Assembly (NCBI GenBank): GCA_963840035.1
Contig: CAWIXE010000002.1
Span: forward strand, 864,001 to 928,000
Direction: 5' to 3'
DNA length: 64,000 bases
Source of the DNA: a candidate division FCPU426 bacterium
GTDB lineage: Bacteria; Oederibacteriota; PGYV01; Palsa-1178
A program made the position numbers and the translations under genes. The notes under the pieces are model-generated. The model was not told the origin of the DNA. It ran no database searches and saw only the letters and a list, made by a program, of their open reading frames with translations. This document shows, in pieces, positions 31,389 through 41,192 of this stretch; within the stretch, counting starts at the first letter, position 1, and each line of letters starts with the position of its first letter.

Positions 31389-34307
31389 TTATTTCAGGAT
31401 TATAAGCCCTGAGATGCCGCTTTTTGCAGTTTCTTTATTTTGGCCTTCCGCCGTAATAACATAAAAATAGCATCCATTTGCCAGGCCTGTAAACACAGTA
31501 GCCTGCAGGGGCATGGTTCTTGTGCCCGCCCACGCCGAATCAGGTAATTTGCACTCTCTTACGAGCCGCATGGCGGAAGAATATATCCTCAGCACCACGT
31601 TTCTGTGGCTCTGGCTGAATTCAGCCTTTAAGCGCAGAGGAGTTCCAAATCCCGGATTATACGGGTTGGGATAAATGATCTCGCCTGTAATCTTAAATGT
31701 TTCAGAATCCGCGGCCGCGGGCGTCTGTGTGGGTGTTATGGTATTAACCGGGGTGGCCGTGGCTGTGGGCATAATTGTATGCGTGTATGTCGCTGTGCGC
31801 GACGCGGTAGCCGCGGGTGTATTTACAGCTGTATTCGTGGCTGTCCATACGGCTGTATTAACCTGCGTAGGAATTGCCGTGGCTGTATTTGCAGGCGTGT
31901 CCACAGGCGTATTTACCGGAGTATTTGCGGGCGTCTCAGAGGGAATTTCAGTAGCCGTACCTGTCGGCACAGCTGTGGCTGTATATGTAAATGTAGCCAT
32001 CCCTGTCGGAAATTCAGTGGGCGTATCCGCGGCTGTGGCTGTCTTCGTAGCCGTTGCCGTGGAAGTGCGCGTGGATGTCGGGGTATCAGCGGGCGTTTGC
32101 GTGGCTGTGGGCGGCGGGGTCAGCGTCCGCGTTATCGTCGGCGTATGAGTGGCTGTGGGAGGCGTGCCTGTTTCCGTGAGCGTTATGGTGGGCGACGCGG
32201 TATGCGAGAGGGTTGCTGTGCGTGTTTGTGTGGCCGTCTTAGAACTCTGCACTGAGCTTGTCGAAGTAAACGTTGGTATGATAGTGTACGTGCCGGTCAC
32301 GGTTAAAGTCGGGCTGTTATAAGGCGTATTAGTGCGCGTCGCGCTCCATGTGGCCGTCTGCATGGCCGTGTATGTATTTGTGGGCGTGTTTGCCGGGGTA
32401 TTTGTATATGAAGCCATCGCCGTATTAGTCCTCGTGGCAGTCCCGGTCGCTGTCCGCGTCGCGGTCGATGTCGCGGTCGACGTGGCGGTCCTGGTGGCCG
32501 TCATAGTTTTTGAAGGAGTAAAAGTCAGGGTGGTTGCCGGCGTGTTTGTGGATGTCATCGCGGGCGGCATGCAACCTATGGCTGCTATGGTTTTCTGCGC
32601 GGCGGGCGCGTTAATGAGCACTACATCGTCCACCCACAGGTCATATGTATAAGGCGCGCCTGTCTGACCCTGCGTCTGCCACTGTATGGCGTTTACTGCC
32701 GAGAGGGCCATGGTCCGCGTAACCGTGGTATCGCCCCATCCCTCCTGGGAGAATAAAACACTCGCGAAATCCACAGTCACTTTTGTCCATGCCGTGGTGG
32801 CGGAAAATACATAGCCGTACATATCTTCGTCTTCCTTGCCTCCGAAAGCCGCCGGCGAATTAATCTTGAGCCTGAAAGACATGGGTATGGCGCTCTTACA
32901 CCAGAAGCTTAAGCCTGTGGCAGTGCTTATGTTAACCGGGGCCTGGGGTTCTTTCAGCGGGAAGCCCAGCCCGGCAAAACCGTATAAAAAAGTGGTCGTT
33001 ACCACGCCGGATATGTGAGCCGCGTAATCAGTACCGCCGCCGCGGCCCGGGCTCTGCATGTAAAAAGGCATAATTGGCTGGCCGGTATCTTCAAAGCGGT
33101 CCCTTGACCACGGCACTATGAGTGAAGTGCCTTTGGGATTCTTGACGCAGTCCTTGTCAGTGCAGTCATTGCTGTCGTCGTATGTATACCAGTCAGTGCA
33201 GATACTGCTCATGTAGTTGCCGTCGGTCATATTGTCCAGGAACATGTTTGCCGGCCCTACTGTCTCGGTCGGAGCAGGCACGTTTGGCGTGTTTGTGACT
33301 GTCGCGATAGTACATGCCCCGAAGTTATCAGGGGGATTGTTTATCTTGCCCACCACATAACTCCCTGTCGGCTTATAGCTGTTCCAAGTACCCGCGTCGC
33401 ACGAGCCCGGGTTAAGCATGCCGGATGTTTCCGGTGCCTCGGACCATGACCACGCGCACCAGCTGATTTTATTTGTGGCCATTATGCTTATGAACTGGTC
33501 TGCACGTGTATAATTAGTGCCTCCGGCGCCGCTGGCCTCTGTGGGCGCCCACTCAGTGACAAATATCGGGAGCTGCCCCACGAAGTTTGTAAGCATGCTT
33601 GTATCGTGGGTGGCGGCGTAAAAGTGGAAGGTGTACATAATGTTGGAAAATGACAGTTTGTTGCTTACCACTTCCGAACCCAGCTGTGACCAGTTCGGGG
33701 TGCCCACTATGATGACCGCGTCAGGGTCTATGGCGCGGATTCTCGGTATTATGTCATTGGCATATGTCCTGACCTGGGTCCAGGAAACGCCGTTGGGTTC
33801 ATTGCATATTTCATAAATTACATTTCTCCTGTCCTTATGCGCTGTGGCCATGGATTCCCAGAAGGTCCTCGCGTAAATAATATTAGTATTAGGGTCGCCG
33901 TCGGTCAGGTTATGCCAGTCTATAAGCGCGTATATGCCCTTTTGCTCGCACATAGCGACGACGCTATTTACCTGTGCGGTAAAGCCGCTGGGATTTGACG
34001 TGTAGCCGTTTTGAGTGGAGTAGCAGGCGATCCTGAATATGTCTATGCCGACAGTATTGATCAGATAATCTAACCCGGTGTTTGTGATACAGCAGTAATC
34101 CATGCAGGGCTGCGGAGACCCAGTCCCATACCACTGCAAGCCGTGGCTGGATACACCACGGAGCTGAATCGCGGTGCCGCATTCGTTTACAAGGTTATTG
34201 CCCACAACGCGAAGCTGGCCATTGCTTGATAAAGGAGACGCAGAGGTAAATGAATATAGGAGGATAAAAAGGAATAAGTAAGCCAATGTTTGGGTCTTAA
34301 ACTTCAC
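31389..34307 (-). CDS. GH5 endoglucanase + CBM11/CIA30-like domain + Thr/Pro stalk + C-terminal sorting-type domain
   Basis: QLRGVSSHGLQW, IDWH, YEICNEP (acid/base), HFYAA, FVTEW (nucleophile); WYTYDD..DD domain; YPNPYNP..IYS..G.YFYVI C-terminus. Confidence 0.92.
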   Translation of the reverse strand: MKFKTQTLAYLFLFILLYSFTSASPLSSNGQLRVVGNNLVNECGTAIQLRGVSSHGLQWYGTGSPQPCMDYCCITNTGLDYLINTVGIDIFRIACYSTQNGYTSNPSGFTAQVNSVVAMCEQKGIYALIDWHNLTDGDPNTNIIYARTFWESMATAHKDRRNVIYEICNEPNGVSWTQVRTYANDIIPRIRAIDPDAVIIVGTPNWSQLGSEVVSNKLSFSNIMYTFHFYAATHDTSMLTNFVGQLPIFVTEWAPTEASGAGGTNYTRADQFISIMATNKISWCAWSWSEAPETSGMLNPGSCDAGTWNSYKPTGSYVVGKINNPPDNFGACTIATVTNTPNVPAPTETVGPANMFLDNMTDGNYMSSICTDWYTYDDSNDCTDKDCVKNPKGTSLIVPWSRDRFEDTGQPIMPFYMQSPGRGGGTDYAAHISGVVTTTFLYGFAGLGFPLKEPQAPVNISTATGLSFWCKSAIPMSFRLKINSPAAFGGKEDEDMYGYVFSATTAWTKVTVDFASVLFSQEGWGDTTVTRTMALSAVNAIQWQTQGQTGAPYTYDLWVDDVVLINAPAAQKTIAAIGCMPPAMTSTNTPATTLTFTPSKTMTATRTATSTATSTATRTATGTATRTNTAMASYTNTPANTPTNTYTAMQTATWSATRTNTPYNSPTLTVTGTYTIIPTFTSTSSVQSSKTATQTRTATLSHTASPTITLTETGTPPTATHTPTITRTLTPPPTATQTPADTPTSTRTSTATATKTATAADTPTEFPTGMATFTYTATAVPTGTATEIPSETPANTPVNTPVDTPANTATAIPTQVNTAVWTATNTAVNTPAATASRTATYTHTIMPTATATPVNTITPTQTPAAADSETFKITGEIIYPNPYNPGFGTPLRLKAEFSQSHRNVVLRIYSSAMRLVRECKLPDSAWAGTRTMPLQATVFTGLANGCYFYVITAEGQNKETAKSGISGLIILK

Positions 34308-34400
34308 TGAGCAGATTTTTTTGATAATCTCACCATTTTTTTGTCAGTTTTTTTAAGCGTTTAAACTGATGCTCAAAAAAAAACTTTTCCCGTCCAAGTT

Positions 34401-34429
34401 ATTATAATCCCTAACCCCGGCACTGTCAA
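34401..34429 (-). promoter_or_regulatory. Consensus sigma70 promoter for the GH5 gene
   Basis: TTGACA-17 bp-TATAAT on the minus strand. Confidence 0.75.
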
Positions 34430-34516
34430 TAACTAAAACAGAACACGATTTCCCATATCAAAACCGGGTAGCGAAACTTAACACCACCAAAGGTCAAATC
34501 CCCAAACAGGCGTTCC

Positions 34517-34661
34517 GTAGAGACGGGACCCGTGCCCGTCTCAAGGCAGGACATCCCTGAGACGCCCACAGGTGGCGTCTCTACAGAATTATTTCTTTTT
34601 TGTCCTCGTAGGGGCGATTCAGTTTCTCATGAGCTTGTCGAATGACGAATCGCCCAAACCC
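34517..34661 (+). repeat. Mosaic GTAG-REP cluster related to the 121-bp unit
   Basis: gtagagacgggacccgtgcccgtctc / gagacgccc..ggcgtctctac / gtaggggcgattc..gaatcgccc. Confidence 0.85.
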
Positions 34662-34726
34662 CGGCAATTCAAATAATAATTGGGACCAGCTATTAACCAG
34701 ATGTCAGTACTATTTTCATGACCTTA

Positions 34727-35293
34727 TTAAATTTTACAATAAAACAGCCCCACAAACCCGGACCTAAAAACTTTTGTCCCGGCCAGCTGCAGATTTACAG
34801 GTTTCCCCTGAGTTCCAAATACAGGCAACCCCGACCCCAGCAGTATAGGGTTTACAAAAAGTTTGTACTCATCTATCAGCCCCGCCGCGGTCAGAGTCCT
34901 GGCTGATTCCGCGCTGGCGAGCATCAGTATGTCCTTCCCGGGTTTGTTCTTAAGTTCCCTGATCTGCCCCGCAACATCGCCCCCCACAAACCTGGTAAGC
35001 GCATCCCCGCCTGCCTTCATGGTATTTGAAATCACAACCTTCTCCACCGAGTTATACCATGCCGAGTGCTGCCTGTCATGTTTAGAAGCCTTAGGAGCTT
35101 TCCCCGCGTCGGGCCAGTAAGCCTGCATGATCTCATAAGTCTTCCTGCCGTATAAGGCAGTATCCGAGCGTGAGGTCATTTTAGCCACATAATCAAACAT
35201 CTCCGGATCCACCTTTACCCAGCTGATATCCCTGTCAGCTGTCGCCGAGAACATATCCAGTGAAACATGGATAAATAATATTATTTTTCTCAT
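34727..35293 (-). CDS. Dihydrofolate reductase family (RibD C-terminal) protein
   Basis: MRKII..HVSLD, LYGRKTYE, LIDEY.LFVNPILLGSG. Confidence 0.9.
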   Translation of the reverse strand: MRKIILFIHVSLDMFSATADRDISWVKVDPEMFDYVAKMTSRSDTALYGRKTYEIMQAYWPDAGKAPKASKHDRQHSAWYNSVEKVVISNTMKAGGDALTRFVGGDVAGQIRELKNKPGKDILMLASAESARTLTAAGLIDEYKLFVNPILLGSGLPVFGTQGKPVNLQLAGTKVFRSGFVGLFYCKI

Positions 35294-35705
35294 TTTGCCC
35301 CCCTTTATTATTCACGCATAACAAGCATATCAAAAATCCCGTGAAAAAGCAAAAACGTAAACCAGGGTTGCAGTGTCGATTCGCCGTACTGAGCCTGTCG
35401 AAGGACGAATCGCCCGCCTTCCCCTAAGAGCCTTTATAAAAATACTCCCCGGCACCAATGAGCGTATATTGCTCTAGTAATAAGCCGCAAATTCAAATAT
35501 GAATAACAGAGTTATGAATACAATGTCCTTGCTAATCATCGTCAGCTCCTGAGCTGTATATATTTGTTCCGATAAAGGATACGGATCCGTTTGCGTCCTA
35601 AGTTTCGTTTTTCACCCCGGCCCCATTCCCGCCAAAATCAAACACTCTTTGAGCTTTGAGCCCATTGAGCGTTTGAGCTTCCCCATTACCCACCACTTCC
35701 CGTTC

Positions 35706-36902
35706 CTACAACAAGTCCTCCGGTTTTAACTTCAGAAAATCCTCTATAGGGATTCCGCCCGTACCGGCCAGGTATTTCTTTGCCTTTCCAAACTCATTTG
35801 TAAAAGCCTGCATACCGTCCGCGCCCTGTTTTTTGATGCCGCTTTTTACTTCTATAGCTGCCAGTTTTCCGCCGCCGGAAAGAACAAAATCAACTTCCCT
35901 GCCGCCGGATGCCCAGTAAAAAAGCTCCACACCTGTGCCTTTGACAGCGTTTGCCAGATGCGCGCCCACGCATGATTCTACGGATCTGCCGCGGACTTCA
36001 GGGTCAGCGCTTGCGGTTTTAAGGTCAAGCCCTGATTGCGCAGACAAAAGCCCGTTATTTAATACCTGGAATTTAGGGCTTGATCCCCTCTGTCTGACTT
36101 TCTGGCCGGCGTATTTCTGCAAACCCGTGAGCATACCCGCCCCGGAAAGCAGGTCCAGATAATGCGCGAGCGTGGTTGTATTACCGGCGTCCTGCAGCTG
36201 TCCGAGTATCTTCTGGTATGAAAGTACCTGTCCGGAATATAAGCAGCCAAGCTGAAACAGCCTTCTGAGCAATGCCGGCTTATCCACGCGTGTCATCTGT
36301 AAAATATCACGGGAAATAGCCGGTTCAATTATAGAACCGGTTATGTATTCAGCCCACCTTCGCTGGTCCTTTATCAGCGCGGCCCCGCCGGGATAACCGC
36401 CAAAATATATGAATTCATCAGGGCTGAATCCGAAGGCTTTGGACATTTCCGCGTATGACCAGTGTGTAATATGCACTGTTTCAAAACGGCCTGCCAGGCT
36501 TTCCCCAAGGCCTTTATTTATCAGTATGGGCGAAGACCCAAGCAGCATGAGGTATATTTTTCTGCCGGCAGATGTGTCCTCGTCCCAGAGCCTTTTTACA
36601 GTCTCAGACCAGCCGGGTATTTTCTGTATTTCATCAATAACAAGCAGCGCTTTTCCGGCGCTTTTTGGCGCTTTAAGCCGGGCCGTCTCCCATTGCTGCT
36701 CAATCCAAGAGCGGCTTTTTAAATCAGGCTCATCCGCCACCGAGTACTGAGTTTCCATTTTTAAAGCCCCAAGTACCTGCTTGGCCAGAGTGGTTTTCCC
36801 CACCTGCCGCGGCCCGTATAATGCCTGTATAAACCGCCTTGGCTCCTCAAACCTTTTTACAATAAGTGAAAAATTCGCTCTTTTGAACATAACCGCCTCC
36901 AT
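35706..36902 (-). CDS. AAA+ ATPase (AAA_14 + DUF4143 with EVDF..AIEVK end)
   Basis: GPRQVGKTT, IDEIQK, LGSS, ESLAGRF, GGYP, EVDFV, AIEVKS. Confidence 0.92.
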   Translation of the reverse strand: MEAVMFKRANFSLIVKRFEEPRRFIQALYGPRQVGKTTLAKQVLGALKMETQYSVADEPDLKSRSWIEQQWETARLKAPKSAGKALLVIDEIQKIPGWSETVKRLWDEDTSAGRKIYLMLLGSSPILINKGLGESLAGRFETVHITHWSYAEMSKAFGFSPDEFIYFGGYPGGAALIKDQRRWAEYITGSIIEPAISRDILQMTRVDKPALLRRLFQLGCLYSGQVLSYQKILGQLQDAGNTTTLAHYLDLLSGAGMLTGLQKYAGQKVRQRGSSPKFQVLNNGLLSAQSGLDLKTASADPEVRGRSVESCVGAHLANAVKGTGVELFYWASGGREVDFVLSGGGKLAAIEVKSGIKKQGADGMQAFTNEFGKAKKYLAGTGGIPIEDFLKLKPEDLL

Positions 36903-36904
36903 CT

Positions 36905-36946
36905 TTACTCAACGTCATGAGTAATTTTACTCAATACATTGAGTAA
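36905..36946. promoter_or_regulatory. Tandem palindromic operators TTACTCA-N6-TGAGTAA
   Basis: Two copies 22 bp apart (36905-36924, 36927-36946), next to a TTGACT -35 upstream of the ATPase. Confidence 0.65.
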
Positions 36947-37005
36947 AGTCAAGCCAATTCACAGGGTGTTCCGGGACGCACAGTTTTGAATTTATATTAA
37001 ACACC

Positions 37006-37138
37006 GTAGAGACGGGACCCGTGCCCGTCTCAAGGCAGGTAGTTGTATTTTATTAGTTTGCCTTCGTAGGGGCGATTCACGAATCGCCCAAACCGATGCA
37101 CCCCGTAGAGACGGGACCCGTGCCCGTCTCAAGGCAGG
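37006..37138 (+). repeat. Mosaic GTAG-REP cluster
   Basis: Two gtagagacgggacccgtgcccgtctcaaggcagg copies around gtaggggcgattcacgaatcgccc; abuts the stop codon at 37139. Confidence 0.85.
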
Positions 37139-37876
37139 CTACGGTTTTCTCAAAATATAAAAAACATAATCATAATACTCTGAGTACTTTTCGTATATAT
37201 CAAACTCATCCTTCGTATCCTGTATCAGCTGTAACGCGTCCCCATTCCTGTATTTCTTCGAAAACTCTTCGAGATTTTTTTTAAGAGGCCCATAAAAATC
37301 CACCCACCCCTGCCTGCCAAGCTGAAAATCCGCAACAACCTCATACCCCTGCCGTACAGCAGCCTCTCTATTCGACCCGGCAGTCCCCATGCCGCCGTAA
37401 GCGTTATTCCAGTAACGCACAAGTTCCGCCGGCAGGTCCGGCTTTATGAATACCGCATCAGAAACCACAAGATATCCCCCGCTCTTCAAATATTTTTTCC
37501 ACTCTTTCAGCCCGTTCTCAAACCCCATTATGTATATAGCCCCTTCGCTCCATATGGCGTCAAACTTAACATCCGGTAAATCCAGAGTATTCATATCCCC
37601 CCTGAGAGTCTTCAGCCGCCCCTTAAAACCGGCCGCGGTGGAGGTTTGATACAGGGTATCAAGAAAACCCTGGAACACATCAAGGGCCGTTATAGAAGCG
37701 CTAGTATTTTTCAAAAGCACCATAGTCTGCGCCCCGGTGCCGCAGCCTATGTCGAGAATCTTGCCGTTTGAGGGGATTTTTATATATGACAGGGCTTTCA
37801 GCGTAGCCGCATCAGTCCCCGGCCCCTGCCTGTTAGTGCCTTTAAAAAGTATCTGTATGTAGTCCATGTAATTCAT
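37139..37876 (-). CDS. Class I SAM-dependent methyltransferase
   Basis: RQGPG, LDIGCGTGAQT, FDAIWSEGAIY..GF. Confidence 0.92.
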   Translation of the reverse strand: MNYMDYIQILFKGTNRQGPGTDAATLKALSYIKIPSNGKILDIGCGTGAQTMVLLKNTSASITALDVFQGFLDTLYQTSTAAGFKGRLKTLRGDMNTLDLPDVKFDAIWSEGAIYIMGFENGLKEWKKYLKSGGYLVVSDAVFIKPDLPAELVRYWNNAYGGMGTAGSNREAAVRQGYEVVADFQLGRQGWVDFYGPLKKNLEEFSKKYRNGDALQLIQDTKDEFDIYEKYSEYYDYVFYILRKP

Positions 37877-37902
37877 AAGTTTCCTTTCAGCCGATATGGC
37901 GC

Positions 37903-39000
37903 TTATTTCCGGTATTTCATCAACCCTTTTACAGCGGCCTTTACCGCGTTTATCGCGTCTTCCGCGTCCTTCTTTTTTATTCCTGTCATTTCAGCCGCCT
38001 GCATCATGTGTTTTCCCTCCGGCAGACCCTGGCCTAAAAGCGTTGTAGTGTGCTGCCCGTTAAAACCGGAGCTGTATGTCAGGTCATACGCCGGTGAAAA
38101 CGACCACTTTCCATTGTCGTAAATGAATGAAAAATTCTTGGCATGGTCATCCCTGTTATGCGAGAAGATATTAAACACCATGAGGCGGAATACTTTCACC
38201 ACTTCCCTCATGTCCCCGGTTAATTTCATGGTTGCTTTCATGAGGCCGGTATAGTCGAGCGACGGCGCCCTGAAGTCGGCGTTTAAAAGGCCGGCTGCCG
38301 TGTGCGTGTGCAGTTTCTTCCTTCCGCGCCTGTCAAAGCGCTTTATGGCAAAATACTTCTTTTCCAGCAGCTTTGTCTCCGGCATTATTATTCCGCATTT
38401 TTTTGCGGCCTGCGAGTACTCATACTCCATCACGCCGGAATCAGCCTTATCAGATGAATTCGGAAATTTCACTATCCATGGCTCGCCTTTTATCTGTATC
38501 ATGGCTTTAGGCCTTGCCCCTCCTGAAGACCCGCCTTTTTTCGCGAGTGTCTCCAGGTGCCCCGTGTAGTTTTCATTTAAAACCTTTTTTACCTCTTTAG
38601 CCAGCTCATTTACGCCGGCCCTGACGCTTCCTTTAAAAAAATCATTTTGCGGCCTGTATTCCAGCGCGCCCATGCCGTTTTTGCCCACTATGCTTAAGCG
38701 TTCCACGAGGGAGACTCCCGCGGGGTCTATCCTGTTTTTTAACAGCAGCCTGTCTATTAAGAGCCTTCCCCAGCCGTCCGGCAGGCTGTCGTTAAATATA
38801 CCGAACATACCTGAGTAAGGCTGCGCCGCGGCGGTAAAAACCCCGGCCTGTAGAGGCAGGTGAAACGGGGATATGGAAAAACCCGTTTCAAGAAATGACG
38901 GGTCATATTCAAATACATACGCGTCCGCCCCGGCCGCTCCAAGCCTGCCGGCTTTTTTTCCGTATATGTAAACATCCAGCACCCTTGTTTTTTTAATCAT
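37903..39000 (-). CDS. hipA: HipA-family kinase toxin
   Basis: DSLPDGWG, GALEY, SSGGARPK, KRFDR, NRDDHAKNFSF, SPAYD. Confidence 0.92.
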   Translation of the reverse strand: MIKKTRVLDVYIYGKKAGRLGAAGADAYVFEYDPSFLETGFSISPFHLPLQAGVFTAAAQPYSGMFGIFNDSLPDGWGRLLIDRLLLKNRIDPAGVSLVERLSIVGKNGMGALEYRPQNDFFKGSVRAGVNELAKEVKKVLNENYTGHLETLAKKGGSSGGARPKAMIQIKGEPWIVKFPNSSDKADSGVMEYEYSQAAKKCGIIMPETKLLEKKYFAIKRFDRRGRKKLHTHTAAGLLNADFRAPSLDYTGLMKATMKLTGDMREVVKVFRLMVFNIFSHNRDDHAKNFSFIYDNGKWSFSPAYDLTYSSGFNGQHTTTLLGQGLPEGKHMMQAAEMTGIKKKDAEDAINAVKAAVKGLMKYRK

Positions 39001-39340
39001 TTATACGCCCTCTTTTTCTTTTTTTTGGGTTTTTCTGGCTGACGGCTTCGTCAAAAGAGGCATAGTTTCTGGATGTAAAAAGCAGGTTAAAGCCGTCTGT
39101 GGATTTCAGGGCCATAGCGAGCATAATGATATGTTTTAATGATATCTCCCCCGAGCTTTCAAACCGTTTTAAAGTCCCCATGCTGACCCCGGAGCGGGAA
39201 GCAAGCGCCGCCTGCGTTAAGTTAAGCTCCAGCCGACGCATCCGAACCCGGGAAGCAATCCCCCTGCTTAAATCCGAAGGGCTGAAGTCCGTAAAATCCA
39301 TATTAGTGGATAACATATTATCTTTTATCATATATTTCAC
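38993..39340 (-). CDS. XRE-family HTH antitoxin (HipB-like)
   Basis: LTQAALASRSGVSMGTLKRFE..G; overlaps the hipA start. Confidence 0.88.
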   Translation of the reverse strand: MKYMIKDNMLSTNMDFTDFSPSDLSRGIASRVRMRRLELNLTQAALASRSGVSMGTLKRFESSGEISLKHIIMLAMALKSTDGFNLLFTSRNYASFDEAVSQKNPKKRKRGRIND

Positions 39341-39351
39341 CTCGTACAGAT

Positions 39352-39380
39352 ATTATAATAGCCATTATATGGATTGTCAA
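39352..39380 (-). promoter_or_regulatory. Consensus sigma70 promoter of the hipBA-like operon
   Basis: TTGACA-17 bp-TATAAT. Confidence 0.75.
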
Positions 39381-39429
39381 GGCGAATATTTGTATTCTGT
39401 ATTCAGGTAAGGTACATTACTTTACTATA

Positions 39430-39762
39430 TTCACGAATCGCCCAACCTATGGCATTCTGTAGAGACGGGACCCGTGCCCGTCTCGCCTTAAACACCGAGA
39501 CGCCCGCGAGGGGCGTCTCTACAGGTTTGTTTGTGTCGTTGTATGGGCGATTCACGAATCGCCAATACCAATAATTTTCGTAGAGACGGGGCTCGTCCCC
39601 GTCTCGCCTTAAACACCGAGACGCCCGCGAGGGGCGTCTCTACAGGTTTGTTTTATTCTTGCCTTCGTAGGGGCGATTCAGTTTCTCATGAGCCTGTCGA
39701 ATGACGAAACGCCCAAACCGTGGCATTCCGTAGAGACGGGACCCGTGCCCGTCTCAAGGCAG
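39430..39762 (+). repeat. GTAG-REP mosaic containing about two 121-bp units
   Basis: Unit starts at 39459 and 39580 (121-bp period), further hairpin at 39730; near-identical to the array at 43798. Confidence 0.9.
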
Positions 39763-39877
39763 CATCTTTAGTTCTAAAATAATAACCACGTTCGTACAGC
39801 ACACCACAATTGTTAATTATTAATTGTTAATTGCCCTTCCAGTTGGATTCATGATTCCGGTCCTGACACCTGTATTT

Positions 39878-40594
39878 CTACGGGAGGCTGTAATATATCG
39901 TGAGTTTCGGCCTTTGCGACGGGACCGCGTAGATGGCTGTGTACATATTCGCGTATGCTCCGCTGGCCTCATCCACAGCCTTCAGGATCAGCCCGTAGTT
40001 TGCCGCTGGCGATGATATCCAGGAACCCACCAGTGACGGGTTTAAGGCAAAGGTCAGTGTGGTAGAGTTGGCTGTTTTTGAGTCCATGGCAGCGCCAAAA
40101 TCCCCTCCAGGGGCAGCCCAAAGCAGCGAGTTCGCGTAGTTCATCCAGTTGGTCTGATTGCTTATCCATGGGGCTGTTACGGGATAAACAGTTATAGTAT
40201 TATCCATGGCGCCGCTTAACGTTATGGTAAGGTACGCTTTGTGTACAATCACGCCCGTAGGGACCACGGCCGAAGACAGGTCAAATTTAATCAGAGAGCG
40301 GTATTTATATCCGCCCGCGCTGCCGAGGGTGACATTATCATTTGTGTAGTATATGGTGTATTCGTATAAGCCCGATATGATGTTGTTGACCGTTGTCCCC
40401 GCATAAGCGTTTGAGGGATACATGCCATCCTGGAAGTTCATGGTGACATAGCCGGCATCGCCCAGAGGCCCCGCAGGCCCTGCCGCGCCCTTGCATGATG
40501 TCAGAACCACCGCGATAAAAAGGAAAACCGGGAGCAGAACCGCTGTTACAAATCTTTTGTTTTTCAAGTTTTTCATAAAACATCTCCTTTTCAA
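39878..40594 (-). CDS. DNRLRE-like domain lipoprotein
   Basis: LTSC lipobox, GPAGP, FQDG..YAG, LIKFDLS, NYGLILK, RPKLTIYY. Confidence 0.8.
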   Translation of the reverse strand: MKRRCFMKNLKNKRFVTAVLLPVFLFIAVVLTSCKGAAGPAGPLGDAGYVTMNFQDGMYPSNAYAGTTVNNIISGLYEYTIYYTNDNVTLGSAGGYKYRSLIKFDLSSAVVPTGVIVHKAYLTITLSGAMDNTITVYPVTAPWISNQTNWMNYANSLLWAAPGGDFGAAMDSKTANSTTLTFALNPSLVGSWISSPAANYGLILKAVDEASGAYANMYTAIYAVPSQRPKLTIYYSLP

Positions 40595-41192
40595 TCAGAT
40601 TTTAATTCCATACGCAGCCATGAAGTTCGGGTACTTAAGTTATCTCCCTATTTCAGTTTTTTTATATCCTTTTTCGGCGGCAGCGCAGTTTTAAAGAGTT
40701 GCCGCGGCGCTGCTGTCAGTCGCGGCCGGAGTTTTGAACATGGTCCCCGAATAAATCCAAAACTGAAAGAACAGATGCCGGTAAAAATAACTTTTCAATC
40801 TGCCGCCTTCTTATATAATATATACACTATTAATTGTATAAAAAATAGACATGAAACAAAAGTACGGATTTCCACTATTTATGGACATATTTCAGCGGGT
40901 ATATATGTGTTTTCGCGGAAGTTTTGAAAAAGCGCGTATACTGATGACCACGCCTTCACACAGCATGCGTTTTATCAGCCTTTAAAACTCTTATACTAAC
41001 GGCAATGAAAATTGGCGTAAGAACCCGATTCATAAACTAAATACTATTGTATAAAAACCATAATCGTTAGATTCATGATTTCGGTTCTGACACCTTTCAC
41101 ATTTTTAAAGTTTTAACCAAATTTCAACCCGAAAACTCAAATACCCCCTTGAGCGTTTGAGCCTCTTGAACCTTGAGCCAAATCCCCCATAA

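Noticed and set aside
40600..41060. Riboswitch, ncRNA or small ORF upstream of the DNRLRE-like gene
   Set aside because: Only weak hairpins and a 35-codon TTG frame; no recognisable motif.
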